Positions 29,329 through 40,732 of a stretch of DNA of 64,000 bases are shown piece after piece (the first letter of the stretch is position 1; every line of letters begins with the position of its first letter). The DNA is from an uncultured Verrucomicrobiae bacterium. Its GTDB lineage: Bacteria; Verrucomicrobiota; Verrucomicrobiia; Limisphaerales; Palsa-1400. Location: the NCBI GenBank assembly GCA_963764165.1, contig CAVXRD010000002.1, positions 2,912,001-2,976,000 on the forward strand, in the 5' to 3' direction. The notes below the pieces were generated by a model. It searched no databases and had not been told where the DNA came from. It was given only the letters and a program-made list of their open reading frames with translations. Position numbers and translations under genes: made by a program.

Positions 29329-29991
29329 ATGAAACATTTGAGCGTGCGTCTCTCGGTGATTGGTTTCATGGCTACCTATGCTTTTTTGTGCGGTTGCGCA
29401 TCCACCTCGCCACAGGGCATGGAGACTCGGTCGGTCAAGGGCACTGGCCAATTCACAGTGAACGGGGATTCTCATCCGATCAAAGCAAATAAGATAGTGC
29501 TCCCGGGGACCACGATTCACACGGGTCCTGACAGCGAGACGCACCTGACCTTTGGCAAGAGCTTGCAGCTAAGAGTCGAAGCTGAGACTGAATTGAAATT
29601 GACGGAAATAAACGGCATTCCTTCGGCGAGCATCGCTCAACCGCAGGCGGTCTTCGAACTTGCAGAAGGTACAGTTCTGGGATCGGCCAAAAAAAGCCAT
29701 TCGACTTTTCAAATTCGCACGACGAACGGCATTGTCTCTGTGCAAGAGGCGTATTTTAGGGTGCGAACCGATATTGGCGAACGCGGCGAAGCGAAGACGA
29801 CCGCCTTGTGCGCTCGTGGGACGCTGATCGTATTTGCCACTGTGGCGGGAAAGAATGAAATCGTTGAAGTGCCCGCAGGCAAACAGTGCGTCGCACAGGC
29901 GGGCAACGTTGTCGTAGAGCCCGTCGCCCCCGCCGAGATTGAAAGAGTTTTGAGTGAATTAGTGCCTATGGTGGTAACACTTGGTAATTAG
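29329..29991 (+). CDS. FecR-domain lipoprotein (array copy 5)
   Basis: LCGC lipobox-like; PGTTIHTGPDS, FELAEG, FQIRTTNG. Confidence 0.7.
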   Translation: MKHLSVRLSVIGFMATYAFLCGCASTSPQGMETRSVKGTGQFTVNGDSHPIKANKIVLPGTTIHTGPDSETHLTFGKSLQLRVEAETELKLTEINGIPSASIAQPQAVFELAEGTVLGSAKKSHSTFQIRTTNGIVSVQEAYFRVRTDIGERGEAKTTALCARGTLIVFATVAGKNEIVEVPAGKQCVAQAGNVVVEPVAPAEIERVLSELVPMVVTLGN

Positions 29992-30026
29992 CCAAACCCC
30001 TCGACGCTGCTGGTTGTGCAAATACG

Positions 30027-30866
30027 CTAGCGTTCGCCGTGAAACGTTGTCAGCAGCGCCTCGGCATCCCGATAATCGGGTATGACCACGTGCGCCCCAG
30101 CTTCCAGCAGTTGGGCGCGCTTGAAGGGATCGGCCACGCCTGATCCATGTCGGTTTTCATCGCTGGCGACGGCGATCGAGAGGGCGCCGAGTTCGTGCGC
30201 GTGACGGATTTCCACCGGGCCGTCGCCGAAGCAGATCATTTGTTCTCCCGGGATTCTCTCCTCGGCGAGAATGCGCTCAAGGACGGTGCGTTTGGAAAAC
30301 TCTCCAGCGATTGGGCTGCCGAAAATTCTATCGTCGAAGCAGCGGGCCACATCCAGCAACTCCGCTTCCTGCCGGACGCGATGTTCGACGGTGCCACTCA
30401 AGACAAAAAGTTTGACGCCGCGTTCCAGCAAAATTTCCAACATCCGCCGCGCCCCGAAAACGACGAAATCATCGGGACGTAACGCGCCGGTTTGGATGGA
30501 GGCTGATCGTTCCTCAATGAGTTTGTCGAGGCGGCTTTGGTAATCGTAAAGCAAGTCCTCGGGCGACGGCACGAAGGGATTCCGAGGCTTCGCGCGCTCT
30601 GCAAATTTCCGCATTTGGAAAATGGAGGGCAGGCCGTTGCCTGATAAAATCTCGGCCAGAATTTCGTCATGGACCGCGCAAGGCTGTTCGCCGGCGCGCA
30701 GCGGATAATGCGCGAGGAAAACGTCGCACATCAGTTCCGGCCAGCCGTGGCGCAGCCAGGAAACGGTTCCGTCAAAATCAAACACGGCCACCGCCAGTCG
30801 CGCGCGCGGCCTGAACCCCGGCAGAAATTCGACCGATCCCTGGAATGGCGCGGATGGCGTTGGCAT
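30027..30866 (-). CDS. HAD-superfamily hydrolase
   Basis: FDFDGT motif I, LSG motif II, FGDGPVEI motif IV. Confidence 0.85.
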   Translation of the reverse strand: MPTPSAPFQGSVEFLPGFRPRARLAVAVFDFDGTVSWLRHGWPELMCDVFLAHYPLRAGEQPCAVHDEILAEILSGNGLPSIFQMRKFAERAKPRNPFVPSPEDLLYDYQSRLDKLIEERSASIQTGALRPDDFVVFGARRMLEILLERGVKLFVLSGTVEHRVRQEAELLDVARCFDDRIFGSPIAGEFSKRTVLERILAEERIPGEQMICFGDGPVEIRHAHELGALSIAVASDENRHGSGVADPFKRAQLLEAGAHVVIPDYRDAEALLTTFHGER

Positions 30867-30923
30867 CGCTGCTTTCAGTAGCGGCGGGATGCGGCAAAGT
30901 CAACCGCGCGTGACTCCTTAGAA

Positions 30924-31004
30924 GGTAGGGACGTCTCGCCGAGACGTCCGGGGTGAGGCAGTATTCACGCGCAAATCCGGACGCCTCGGCGAGGCGTCCC
31001 TACC
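30924..31004. repeat. REP doublet (REPIN-like)
   Basis: Left REP has compensatory changes (gacgtctcgccgagacgtc) that preserve the palindrome. Confidence 0.9.
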
Positions 31005-31053
31005 TGAGTCAGCGCCTCCGGCGGTGCTTGAATCGGCCTGGCAATGCAGTAAC

Positions 31054-31848
31054 ATGGGTGCAATGCGATTTGGGGTTCTCACTATTGTTTTAGCCGCCTG
31101 TTTGTGGGCGGGCGCGGCTGCGCAGGCGCAGCCCAAACTGGCCTACGACTCCCAATCCAAACGCTACGATGCCGCCCCAGGCGAGGAATACGCGCGCTAT
31201 TCCTTCATCATCACCAACGTGTTCACCAACGATATTGTTATTGACGCGATCTCGAATTCCTGTGGTTGCACCACGGTCAGTTTGCCGCGACTCCCGTGGC
31301 GGCTGGCGCCGAACGAAAGCGGCGAAATCAAGGCGCAAATCCATCTCATCGGCAAAACTGGGCTAATCACCAAGACAATGACGAATTTCTACCACACGAT
31401 GCCGGACAAGGAGAAATTTGTGAGCGTAGCCTCCCTCGTGGTCTACGTCCCGCCGCCGCCCGCCGCACGCGGCAAGTTGAGCGATGAGGATCGCGCCGCC
31501 GCGATGCTCAAGGCGAAGAACGATGCGCAGGCGATTTTCTCGGGCGATTGCGCCAAGTGCCACGCCGATCGCGGCGCGGAAAAATATGGGCAGGATCTCT
31601 ACGCGGTGGACTGCGGGATTTGCCACGAGTCGTCGCGTCGCGCGAGTTCGGTGCCGGATTTGCACGCGCTGAAGCAGCCGACCGATTTTGATTATTGGAA
31701 GACAGTCATCACCCTAGGCAAGCCGCACACGATGATGCCCGCCTTCGCCGAGTCCCAAGGCGGGCCGTTGACGGACGCGCAAATTCTTTCACTCGCCACT
31801 TATCTGGACCACACTATTTCGCATCATTTGACCGAGGCGAAAAGGTAG
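31054..31848 (+). CDS. DUF1573 (Ig-like) plus c-type cytochrome fusion, two haem motifs
   Basis: Signal peptide; SCGCT DUF1573 motif; CAKCH and CGICH; GKPHTMMPAF..GG.LTD.QI. Confidence 0.8.
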   Translation: MGAMRFGVLTIVLAACLWAGAAAQAQPKLAYDSQSKRYDAAPGEEYARYSFIITNVFTNDIVIDAISNSCGCTTVSLPRLPWRLAPNESGEIKAQIHLIGKTGLITKTMTNFYHTMPDKEKFVSVASLVVYVPPPPAARGKLSDEDRAAAMLKAKNDAQAIFSGDCAKCHADRGAEKYGQDLYAVDCGICHESSRRASSVPDLHALKQPTDFDYWKTVITLGKPHTMMPAFAESQGGPLTDAQILSLATYLDHTISHHLTEAKR

Positions 31849-31948
31849 GGACGCCTCGCCGAGGCGTCCGGGGTGAGGCTCTCGAAATTCTAATGCGTCA
31901 ATACTTTTTCGCACGCTGGCCCGGACGCCTCGGCGAGGCGTCCCTGCC
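31844..31948. repeat. REP doublet (REPIN-like)
   Basis: Inverted pair between convergent genes; its GGTAG supplies the TAG stop of the cytochrome gene. Confidence 0.9.
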
Positions 31949-34017
<2,069 letters not shown>

Positions 34018-34021
<4 letters not shown>

Positions 34022-35442
34022 GGTTTCAATTTCCGTTCGAGAATCTCGCCGACCACATTCGGATTGGCTTTGCCCTTGCTCAATTTCATGACTTGTCCCT
34101 TGAGGAAATTCAGCGCCGCGGCCTTGCCCGCTTTGTAATCCGCAACCGGTCCCGGATTGGCCGCGATGGCCTGATCGCACAATGTTTCAATCGCGCCGGA
34201 ATCGCTGACTTGTGCCCAGCCGTTTTTCTCGACGATGGCCGCCGGCTTCAAGCCGTTGTCAAACATCTCGGCGAACACTTGCTGCGCAATGGAGCTGCTG
34301 ATTTTCTTGCCCTCCACCATCTCCGCTAAGTCAAGTATATTTTCAGGCTCAAATTTCAAATCCGCCAGCGTGGCCCCCGATTCGGCGAGCTTGGCGCGGA
34401 GATTGTTGATAATCCAATTGGCGGCGGCCTTTGGATTTTTGGAGCGCGGGGCGATCTTCTCGAAATAATCGCCGAGCGGGCGATCCCACGTAAAAGTTTG
34501 CGCGTCGGACGCGGGCAATTGGTATTGCGAAATCAGCCGCTGTTTTTTGGCCAGCGGCAATTCCACCATGCGCGTGGCGACTTCCGCCTTCCACGCGTCG
34601 GTTGGCGCGAACGGCATTAAATCGGGCTCGGGAAAATACCGGTAATCGTGGGCCATCTCTTTTGAGCGCATCGTCTCGGTCATGCCGCCGACGTCGTCCC
34701 AGCGGCGGGTTTCCTGCGAGAGCTGGCCGCCCTTGTTCAAAACTTCTATTTGACGCGGAATTTCATAATCCAGCGCGCGGCGGACGGCGCTGAAACTGTT
34801 CATGTTCTTGATCTCGATTTTCTTCCCCAGCTCCGTCGTTCCGACGGGGCGGACGCTCACGTTGACATCGCAGCGAACCTCGCCTTTTTCCATGTCGCAA
34901 TCGCTGATGCCGCCGTAGCGCAGAATTTCCACCAGCGCATTCAGATATTGGTAAGCCATTTCGGAGCCGGTGAGTTCCGGTTCGGAAACGATTTCCAGCA
35001 GCGGCACGCCCGCGCGGTTGAAATCAACGCCGCTGTTGCGGTCGAAATGAAAGTTCTTGCCGACATCCTCCTCCAAGTGAGCGCGGGTGATGTTGATCTT
35101 GGCGAGCCCGCCGTTGAACTCGAATTCGACAATGCCGCCCTTGGTGGAGGGCTTGTCGTATTGGGTGACTTGATAATTCTTGGGGACGTCCGGATAGAAA
35201 TAATTCTTCCGGTCGAATTTGGCGAAAGACGGAATTTCCGCTTTCAGCAGCATACCCGTCAGCGCGGTTAATTTGAGCGCCTCGTCATTGGCGACCGGCA
35301 GCACGCCGGGCAGGCCGAGGCAGATGGGGCAAACGTTGGTGTTGGGCGGCGAGCCGAATTCATTCGCGCAGCCGCACCACATTTTGGACTTCGTCTTGAG
35401 CTGGACGTGTGTTTCCAGCCCGATCACCGCTTCGTAGTTCAC
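34018..35442 (-). CDS. gatB: Asp/Glu-tRNA amidotransferase subunit B
   Basis: [52 protein letters not shown]. Confidence 0.97.
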
Positions 35443-37631
35443 TTGGGTGTCGAATAAAACTTGTTGGTGTATTCCTGGACCATGCGCCAGGTGCTGTATT
35501 TGGGCACCAGCGTGACCATCGCCCGGCGGATCATTTGCAGCCATTGCCGCGGGATGCCGCGGTCGTCGCGATTGTAAAACGTCGGAATGACCTTCTCGGT
35601 GAGCGCCTTGAAAAGATTGGCGCTGTCAATACGATCCTGCTCCTCAACGGACTTCGGATTCGAATCATCGCCAATGGCGAAACCGTTGGTGCCGTCGAAT
35701 CCTTCGCGCCACCAGCCGTCCATGATGCTCAAGTTCAGGCAGCCGTGGCAGCCCGCCTTCTGGCCGCTGGTGCCGGAAGCTTCGAGCGGACGGCGCGGGT
35801 TGTTCAGCCAGATGTCGCAGCCGGAAACCATCTGGCGCGCGACGTGGATGTCGTAATTCTCGATGAACACAAGGTGCCCCTTCATCTCGCTGTATTTGCT
35901 GAGATGGATGATGCGCTGGATGTAACGCTTGCCATCGTCGTCGCGCGGATGCGCTTTGCCCGCGAAAATGAATTGGACCGGGCGGCGGCGGTCTCCGACC
36001 AATTTCACGATGTTCTCGAATTGGTCGAAAATCAGCGGCGCGCGTTTGTAGGTCGCAAAACGGCGGGCGAAACCAATTGTCAGCGCGTCCGGCTCAAGCA
36101 ATTGATCGTAAACAATAAAATCCGTCTGGCTTTGGCGCAGGCCAAGGCGGCGGCGGGCGAACTCGATCAATTCGCGGCGCAATTTATAGCGCAGCGCCCA
36201 CAATTCCTCGTCGGAAATGAAATTCGGATCAGCCAGTTTCTTCCAGAATTCCTCGGAGTGAACCTCCTTCTCCAGCGAAATTCCCGGGGCGCGCTTCCAA
36301 AACGCGGTTGATTCGCCCACAGCCACGTCGGATTCCCCGGCCGAGCCGGCCAGCTTGCGCAGCCAGAATTTCCGCACCGGGCCCTTCATCCAACCTGTCA
36401 AGTGAATGCCGTTGGTGATGTAATCGATCGGCACTTTGTCGACGGGGCGGTCCGGCCAGAGCGAATGCCACATTTCACGGCTGACGTGGCCGTGCAATTC
36501 ACTGACAGCGTTGGCCGCGCGGGAAAGCTTCAGGCCCAGCACCGTCATGCAGAAGGTCTCCGCCGCATCGGTTGCATGGACGCGGCCATAGCCCATGAAC
36601 TCTTCGAGCGGCATGCGCAACTGCTCTGCGAATCGCTTCATAGCGTAACCGACGAGGTCGCGACTGAAACGGTCGTGGCCCGCTTCCACCGGCGTGTGGG
36701 TGGTGAAAATGCATTGCTCCTTGGTCTTGGCCGCTGCGTCAGCGAGCTTCAATCCAGCCGCCAATTTTTCCCGCACCAATTCCAGAGTCAGGAAGGCCGC
36801 GTGGCCTTCGTTCATGTGGTAAACGGAAGGCTGCACGCCGAGCGCGCGCAGCAGACGAACGCCGCCTATGCCCAAAATCATTTCCTGCATGATGCGCATC
36901 GTATTGTCGCCGCCGTAAACACGCCGGGTCAAATCGCGCATGTGCTGCGGATTTTCCGGGCGATCCGCGTCAAGCAAATAGACCACCGCGCGGCCCACGT
37001 TGATGCGCCAGGCCTGGAAAAAGACATCGGACATGTCGATTTCCACCGCGCAAACGAGCGGCTTGCCCTTGGCGTCCAGCACCGGCTCCAGAGGAAGATT
37101 TTGCGGGTTGAGCAGCGTGTAATATTCCGTCTGCCAGTTGTCCTGATTGATTTGCTGCTGGAAATAGCCTTCGCGATAAAAAAGGCTGATGCCGATGAAC
37201 CCCAGGCCCAAATCGCTGGCCGACTTCGTATGGTCGCCCGCCAAAACTCCCAAGCCACCCGCCGCGATGGGAAGCGTTTCGTGAAATCCGAATTCGGCGG
37301 AAAAGTAAGCGACCGGGTTCTTGATCAAATGCGGCGCGTTCTGGCGGCCCCATGTTTCCTTGTCGGACATGTAGGTCTCAAAATCGTGCAAGACACTGCG
37401 GACGCGCGCGGCAAATTCGGGGTCTTGCAGGCGGACCCGCAATTCGTAGTCCGAAACCTCATGCATCACGGCGACGGCGTTGTGATAGAGATTCTGCCAG
37501 CAGCGTGGCGAGAGATCCAAAAAGATTTCCTGCGCGCCTTGATTCCAGGTCCACCAAATATTGTGGGCGAGGCGGTTCAGGTCGGTCGTTAGTTTCGTCA
37601 GCTCGTCTGGTGTCAAAACACTCGTCGTCAT
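35439..37631 (-). CDS. glgP: Alpha-glucan (glycogen) phosphorylase
   Basis: AYFSAEFG, GGLGVLAGD, HMNEGH, FARRFATYKR, EASGTSGQK PLP lysine. Confidence 0.95.
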   Translation of the reverse strand: MTTSVLTPDELTKLTTDLNRLAHNIWWTWNQGAQEIFLDLSPRCWQNLYHNAVAVMHEVSDYELRVRLQDPEFAARVRSVLHDFETYMSDKETWGRQNAPHLIKNPVAYFSAEFGFHETLPIAAGGLGVLAGDHTKSASDLGLGFIGISLFYREGYFQQQINQDNWQTEYYTLLNPQNLPLEPVLDAKGKPLVCAVEIDMSDVFFQAWRINVGRAVVYLLDADRPENPQHMRDLTRRVYGGDNTMRIMQEMILGIGGVRLLRALGVQPSVYHMNEGHAAFLTLELVREKLAAGLKLADAAAKTKEQCIFTTHTPVEAGHDRFSRDLVGYAMKRFAEQLRMPLEEFMGYGRVHATDAAETFCMTVLGLKLSRAANAVSELHGHVSREMWHSLWPDRPVDKVPIDYITNGIHLTGWMKGPVRKFWLRKLAGSAGESDVAVGESTAFWKRAPGISLEKEVHSEEFWKKLADPNFISDEELWALRYKLRRELIEFARRRLGLRQSQTDFIVYDQLLEPDALTIGFARRFATYKRAPLIFDQFENIVKLVGDRRRPVQFIFAGKAHPRDDDGKRYIQRIIHLSKYSEMKGHLVFIENYDIHVARQMVSGCDIWLNNPRRPLEASGTSGQKAGCHGCLNLSIMDGWWREGFDGTNGFAIGDDSNPKSVEEQDRIDSANLFKALTEKVIPTFYNRDDRGIPRQWLQMIRRAMVTLVPKYSTWRMVQEYTNKFYSTPK

Positions 37632-37747
37632 AAATTGTCGGTCAACTAGCCACGCGTGGCGTTAAAGCGCAACTACTTTTAACCCGCAGTGACAGGGGGC
37701 TGGTGAAGTTTTATGGGAGGAATGGGAAGCATGGGATTTATGTGCGT

Positions 37748-38839
37748 TCACGCTTTAAGGCCGAGGCCGAGCGTTTGCTTGCAGTAGGCCAGGCTCTTCT
37801 CAAGGCCGGATTTCTGGTATTCCTTGTCTGATTCGGGGCCGGCGCTTTGGCGGTTGGGGATCATTTTGCCTTGCCGCGCAAGAGCCTCGAATTTCGCGAA
37901 ATCTTTCGCGCGCGCTTTTGGCCAGACATCCCAGAAACCCTTGCGGAAATACGGAAGGTCCTTCGTGAAGCCAGAGATAATTTCCACATTCACCGGGATG
38001 CTCGGGCACAATTCGAGAAAGCGCGGCACGAACGCCTTGTAATCAATCACGCCATCTCCCATCGCCGTCCATTGCACGGCGGCGCCCTCCGGAGTCTGCC
38101 AGACCATCGAATCGCGCAAGGCGGAGGCGGCAACGTAAGGGGCCATAATTTCGAGAGCGGCCATCGGATCTTCCATCGTCCACGTGCAATTGCCGGTGTC
38201 GAGCGTGACGCCGACGTAATCCTTGCCCGCCTCCTCGCACAAGCTGGCGATTTCCCACGCCTGCATATCGCCGGCGTGATTTTCGATGGCGATCTTGACG
38301 CCCGCATCAAGAGCCTGGCTGCGGGCGCTCTTGCAAACCTTGATCGTGTCGGCCATCCGCGCCTCGATGCCGCCGGGAGTGGTGCGATCGTCGCCCATTC
38401 CGAGAATGCAGCGGAAGGCGGGCGAGCCGAGTTCCTTGGCTACGCGAATGCCCAACTTAAGATGTTCCTCTGCCGTGCCCCATTTGTTTTTGAAATGCTT
38501 GGAAGTCTGGCAAATGCTCCATGAACCGGCATAAATGACGAGGCCGTTGTCCTCCGCCTTCTTTTTCAAATCCCGCAAATAGCCCGGTTCAAAATTTTCG
38601 TAAACATCGAGATCGGTCAGGAACAGGGAATCGAGCTTGAGAAAGGCGGCATAATCGATGAGCTGGCTGGCGTTCCATTTCAAGTCGCGCACGGAGAAAT
38701 TGTCGAAGCCGAGCCGCGTCTTGCGGGCGGGCGCTGGGTCTTCCGCCGCAGGGGCGGAGCCGGTGAGCGCGACCGCCGCGCCGGTGGCGGCGACGGTTTT
38801 GATAAAGTTTCGCCGAGTGGCGGTGGTTTCGGAGTTCAT
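37748..38839 (-). CDS. Tat-exported sugar phosphate isomerase/epimerase (TIM barrel)
   Basis: TRRNFIK twin-Arg signal; IENHAGD, LDTGN, MGDGVID. Confidence 0.8.
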   Translation of the reverse strand: MNSETTATRRNFIKTVAATGAAVALTGSAPAAEDPAPARKTRLGFDNFSVRDLKWNASQLIDYAAFLKLDSLFLTDLDVYENFEPGYLRDLKKKAEDNGLVIYAGSWSICQTSKHFKNKWGTAEEHLKLGIRVAKELGSPAFRCILGMGDDRTTPGGIEARMADTIKVCKSARSQALDAGVKIAIENHAGDMQAWEIASLCEEAGKDYVGVTLDTGNCTWTMEDPMAALEIMAPYVAASALRDSMVWQTPEGAAVQWTAMGDGVIDYKAFVPRFLELCPSIPVNVEIISGFTKDLPYFRKGFWDVWPKARAKDFAKFEALARQGKMIPNRQSAGPESDKEYQKSGLEKSLAYCKQTLGLGLKA

Positions 38840-38846
38840 GTTGATG

Positions 38847-39485
38847 TCAGGATTTTGCGCCGGCAGGTTCCGCTTCGCCGTCTGGCGCAGGGGCTTTTTC
38901 GCCGCTTTCTTCATCGGATTCATCTTTGGCCTCTTCTTTTTCCTCGGCCTCCGCCTCGGACAATTTCATTGCGCCGACAAACAGGCCCGTGAACAAACCG
39001 CCGCTCATCAGCGTGTTACGGAAGAATTCCCAGGTTTGCGGAAACCCGGGCAGGCCGATCGTCATGGCCCGCAGCCAGCCCGCAAACGTCTTTGCGTAAC
39101 CGAGCATGAACCAGGACGCCGTGTTGGTGACGAGGTAAAAGAGCATCGCGCCGACAATCCCCCCTGTGACGAGAAGCCACCAAGGTTTCTTGCGCCCGGT
39201 CGTCCGGCCCAAGAGCATGATGCCGATGTAGGCGATATAGTTAGGCGACTGGTAAAGAATAAAGTTGCCCCACGAGAAATCGGGATAGTAAAACCTGCTT
39301 AGAACAAAGTCCGTTGCCGTCATGATGACTAGCGGAACCAGGATTCCTGCCACCCCCGGCAGGTACAAGCCCGCGCAGAAAAAGAAAGCGTAGGCGACGC
39401 TGAAATTGCCCGGCATCAACCCCGGCCACCGGCTCGCCGCAAAGACGAGCAGGAACAGCAAAGGCACTAGGAATTTCTTTTTCAC
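38847..39485 (-). CDS. DUF6580-family putative transporter (solitary S-component, BtuM-like)
   Basis: About 6 TM; PGNFS, LFYLVTN..SW, YAKT..G, FFRNTL motifs. Confidence 0.6.
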   Translation of the reverse strand: MKKKFLVPLLFLLVFAASRWPGLMPGNFSVAYAFFFCAGLYLPGVAGILVPLVIMTATDFVLSRFYYPDFSWGNFILYQSPNYIAYIGIMLLGRTTGRKKPWWLLVTGGIVGAMLFYLVTNTASWFMLGYAKTFAGWLRAMTIGLPGFPQTWEFFRNTLMSGGLFTGLFVGAMKLSEAEAEEKEEAKDESDEESGEKAPAPDGEAEPAGAKS

Positions 39486-39673
39486 GATTCGAAATTAATT
39501 TCAATCACGCGGCAAGCCGGTGAAGGCTCATTCACCCCATAAACTTGAATCAACCCGCCCGCCAAAGCAAGCGGGCAGTCGGCACTTCGACAATAGCGCG
39601 ATTTGGAAACACGTGGAGCTGGATGGCGCCGGAAACCGATTTTGGAGCGAGCACCCTGGGCGACAAAACCGCA

Positions 39674-39700
39674 GGTGCAATAGGGTGCAATAGAGTGCAA
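39674..39700. repeat. Three GTGCAA units at exact 10-bp period
   Basis: ggtgcaatag ggtgcaatag agtgcaa. Confidence 0.7.
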
Positions 39701-40000
39701 CTGTTTTCCGGCGAAACCCGGCTGAAAACGTTGAGGAACCCGAGCCGGGAGGGTGGCGAGAACTCCGTCGCTGTGGCCCGTCGAGACTTCGGCGCATGAA
39801 AGCGGAATTGCGCGCCGCTCTTCTTCCCTCCATATGACTTTGATTGCGCATGGACGCACTTTGGCACGGCTGGGGCTGAATGGAAATCCTACCAGAGTGT
39901 TTTTGGCACGATTTTTGAGAAAAATTCTGAATATTGAATTTGGAACGACCGAATCAAGGAAAAGAGCAGGCAGAAAAGGAGCAACAAGGCAGCGGGAAAT

Positions 40001-40043
40001 TGTAATGCAGACTTCAGGTGTAATGCCGATTTTGCATCATTAC
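40001..40043 (+). promoter_or_regulatory. Putative TA autoregulatory operator
   Basis: Direct repeat TGTAATGC x2 and inverted GTAATG...CATTAC just upstream of the antitoxin. Confidence 0.45.
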
Positions 40044-40067
40044 CCTAGCGTGTGGCAGGCTCTGGGC

Positions 40068-40325
40068 ATGGCGATATCAACTTTGACCGACAAGGGGCAA
40101 ACCACGGTGCCCGGAGAAATCCGCGACGCGCTAAAATTGAAACCACGCCAACGGCTGGAGTGGACCATCCGGGAAGATGGCACGGCAATGGTCCAAGCGC
40201 AGCCCAGCGCGTTAAGCCTGTTTGGCAGCCTGCGCTCGCCCAAGAAATTTCCTGGCCGAAAGAAAGAGCGCGAAGCCGCGATGCGAAGCATTGCGGAACA
40301 CGCAAATAAACCCAGCGAAAGGTAA
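40068..40325 (+). CDS. AbrB/MazE/SpoVT-family antitoxin
   Basis: STLTDKGQTTVPGEIRDALKL looped-hinge signature; precedes a PIN gene. Confidence 0.85.
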   Translation: MAISTLTDKGQTTVPGEIRDALKLKPRQRLEWTIREDGTAMVQAQPSALSLFGSLRSPKKFPGRKKEREAAMRSIAEHANKPSER

Positions 40326-40327
40326 GC

Positions 40328-40732
40328 GTGCCCCGGGAACTTGTTGACACCAATATTTTGGTTCGGTTTTTTACCCAAGAGCCGCCGGGCATGGCTGAGA
40401 GGGCGAGGAAGCTTGTCGAACGGGCCGATGAGGGCAAGACTGCCATTGTGGTGCTCCCGGTCATCATCGCTGAGACATTTTATACGCTTGAGTCTTATTA
40501 CAAAATAAAACGCACCGCGGTGGCAGAAACATTGGCGATCTTCATTCAATCGCGGGGTGTGGAAACCGTCGAGCGCGAGCGACTGCTTGACGCATTAAAC
40601 CGTTGTCGAACCCAAAATGCCCATTTTGCCGATGCCTACCTCGCAGCGTCAGCAGTGGAACTTGGAACCGGGATTGTCTCCATTGTTCGGGATTTCAACA
40701 AATTCAAGGACATCCGCCGTTCTGAGCCTTAG
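40328..40732 (+). CDS. vapC: PIN-domain (VapC-family) toxin
   Basis: VDTNILVRF, IAET, FADAYLAA; C-terminal motif is SIVRDF. Confidence 0.85.
   Translation: MPRELVDTNILVRFFTQEPPGMAERARKLVERADEGKTAIVVLPVIIAETFYTLESYYKIKRTAVAETLAIFIQSRGVETVERERLLDALNRCRTQNAHFADAYLAASAVELGTGIVSIVRDFNKFKDIRRSEP

Noticed and set aside
39486..39870. Cobalamin riboswitch, and ORFs 39482-39859, 39528-39851 and 39550-39867
   Set aside because: No B12-box or conserved core was found on the minus strand; the ORFs overlap in all frames and have no recognisable motif.
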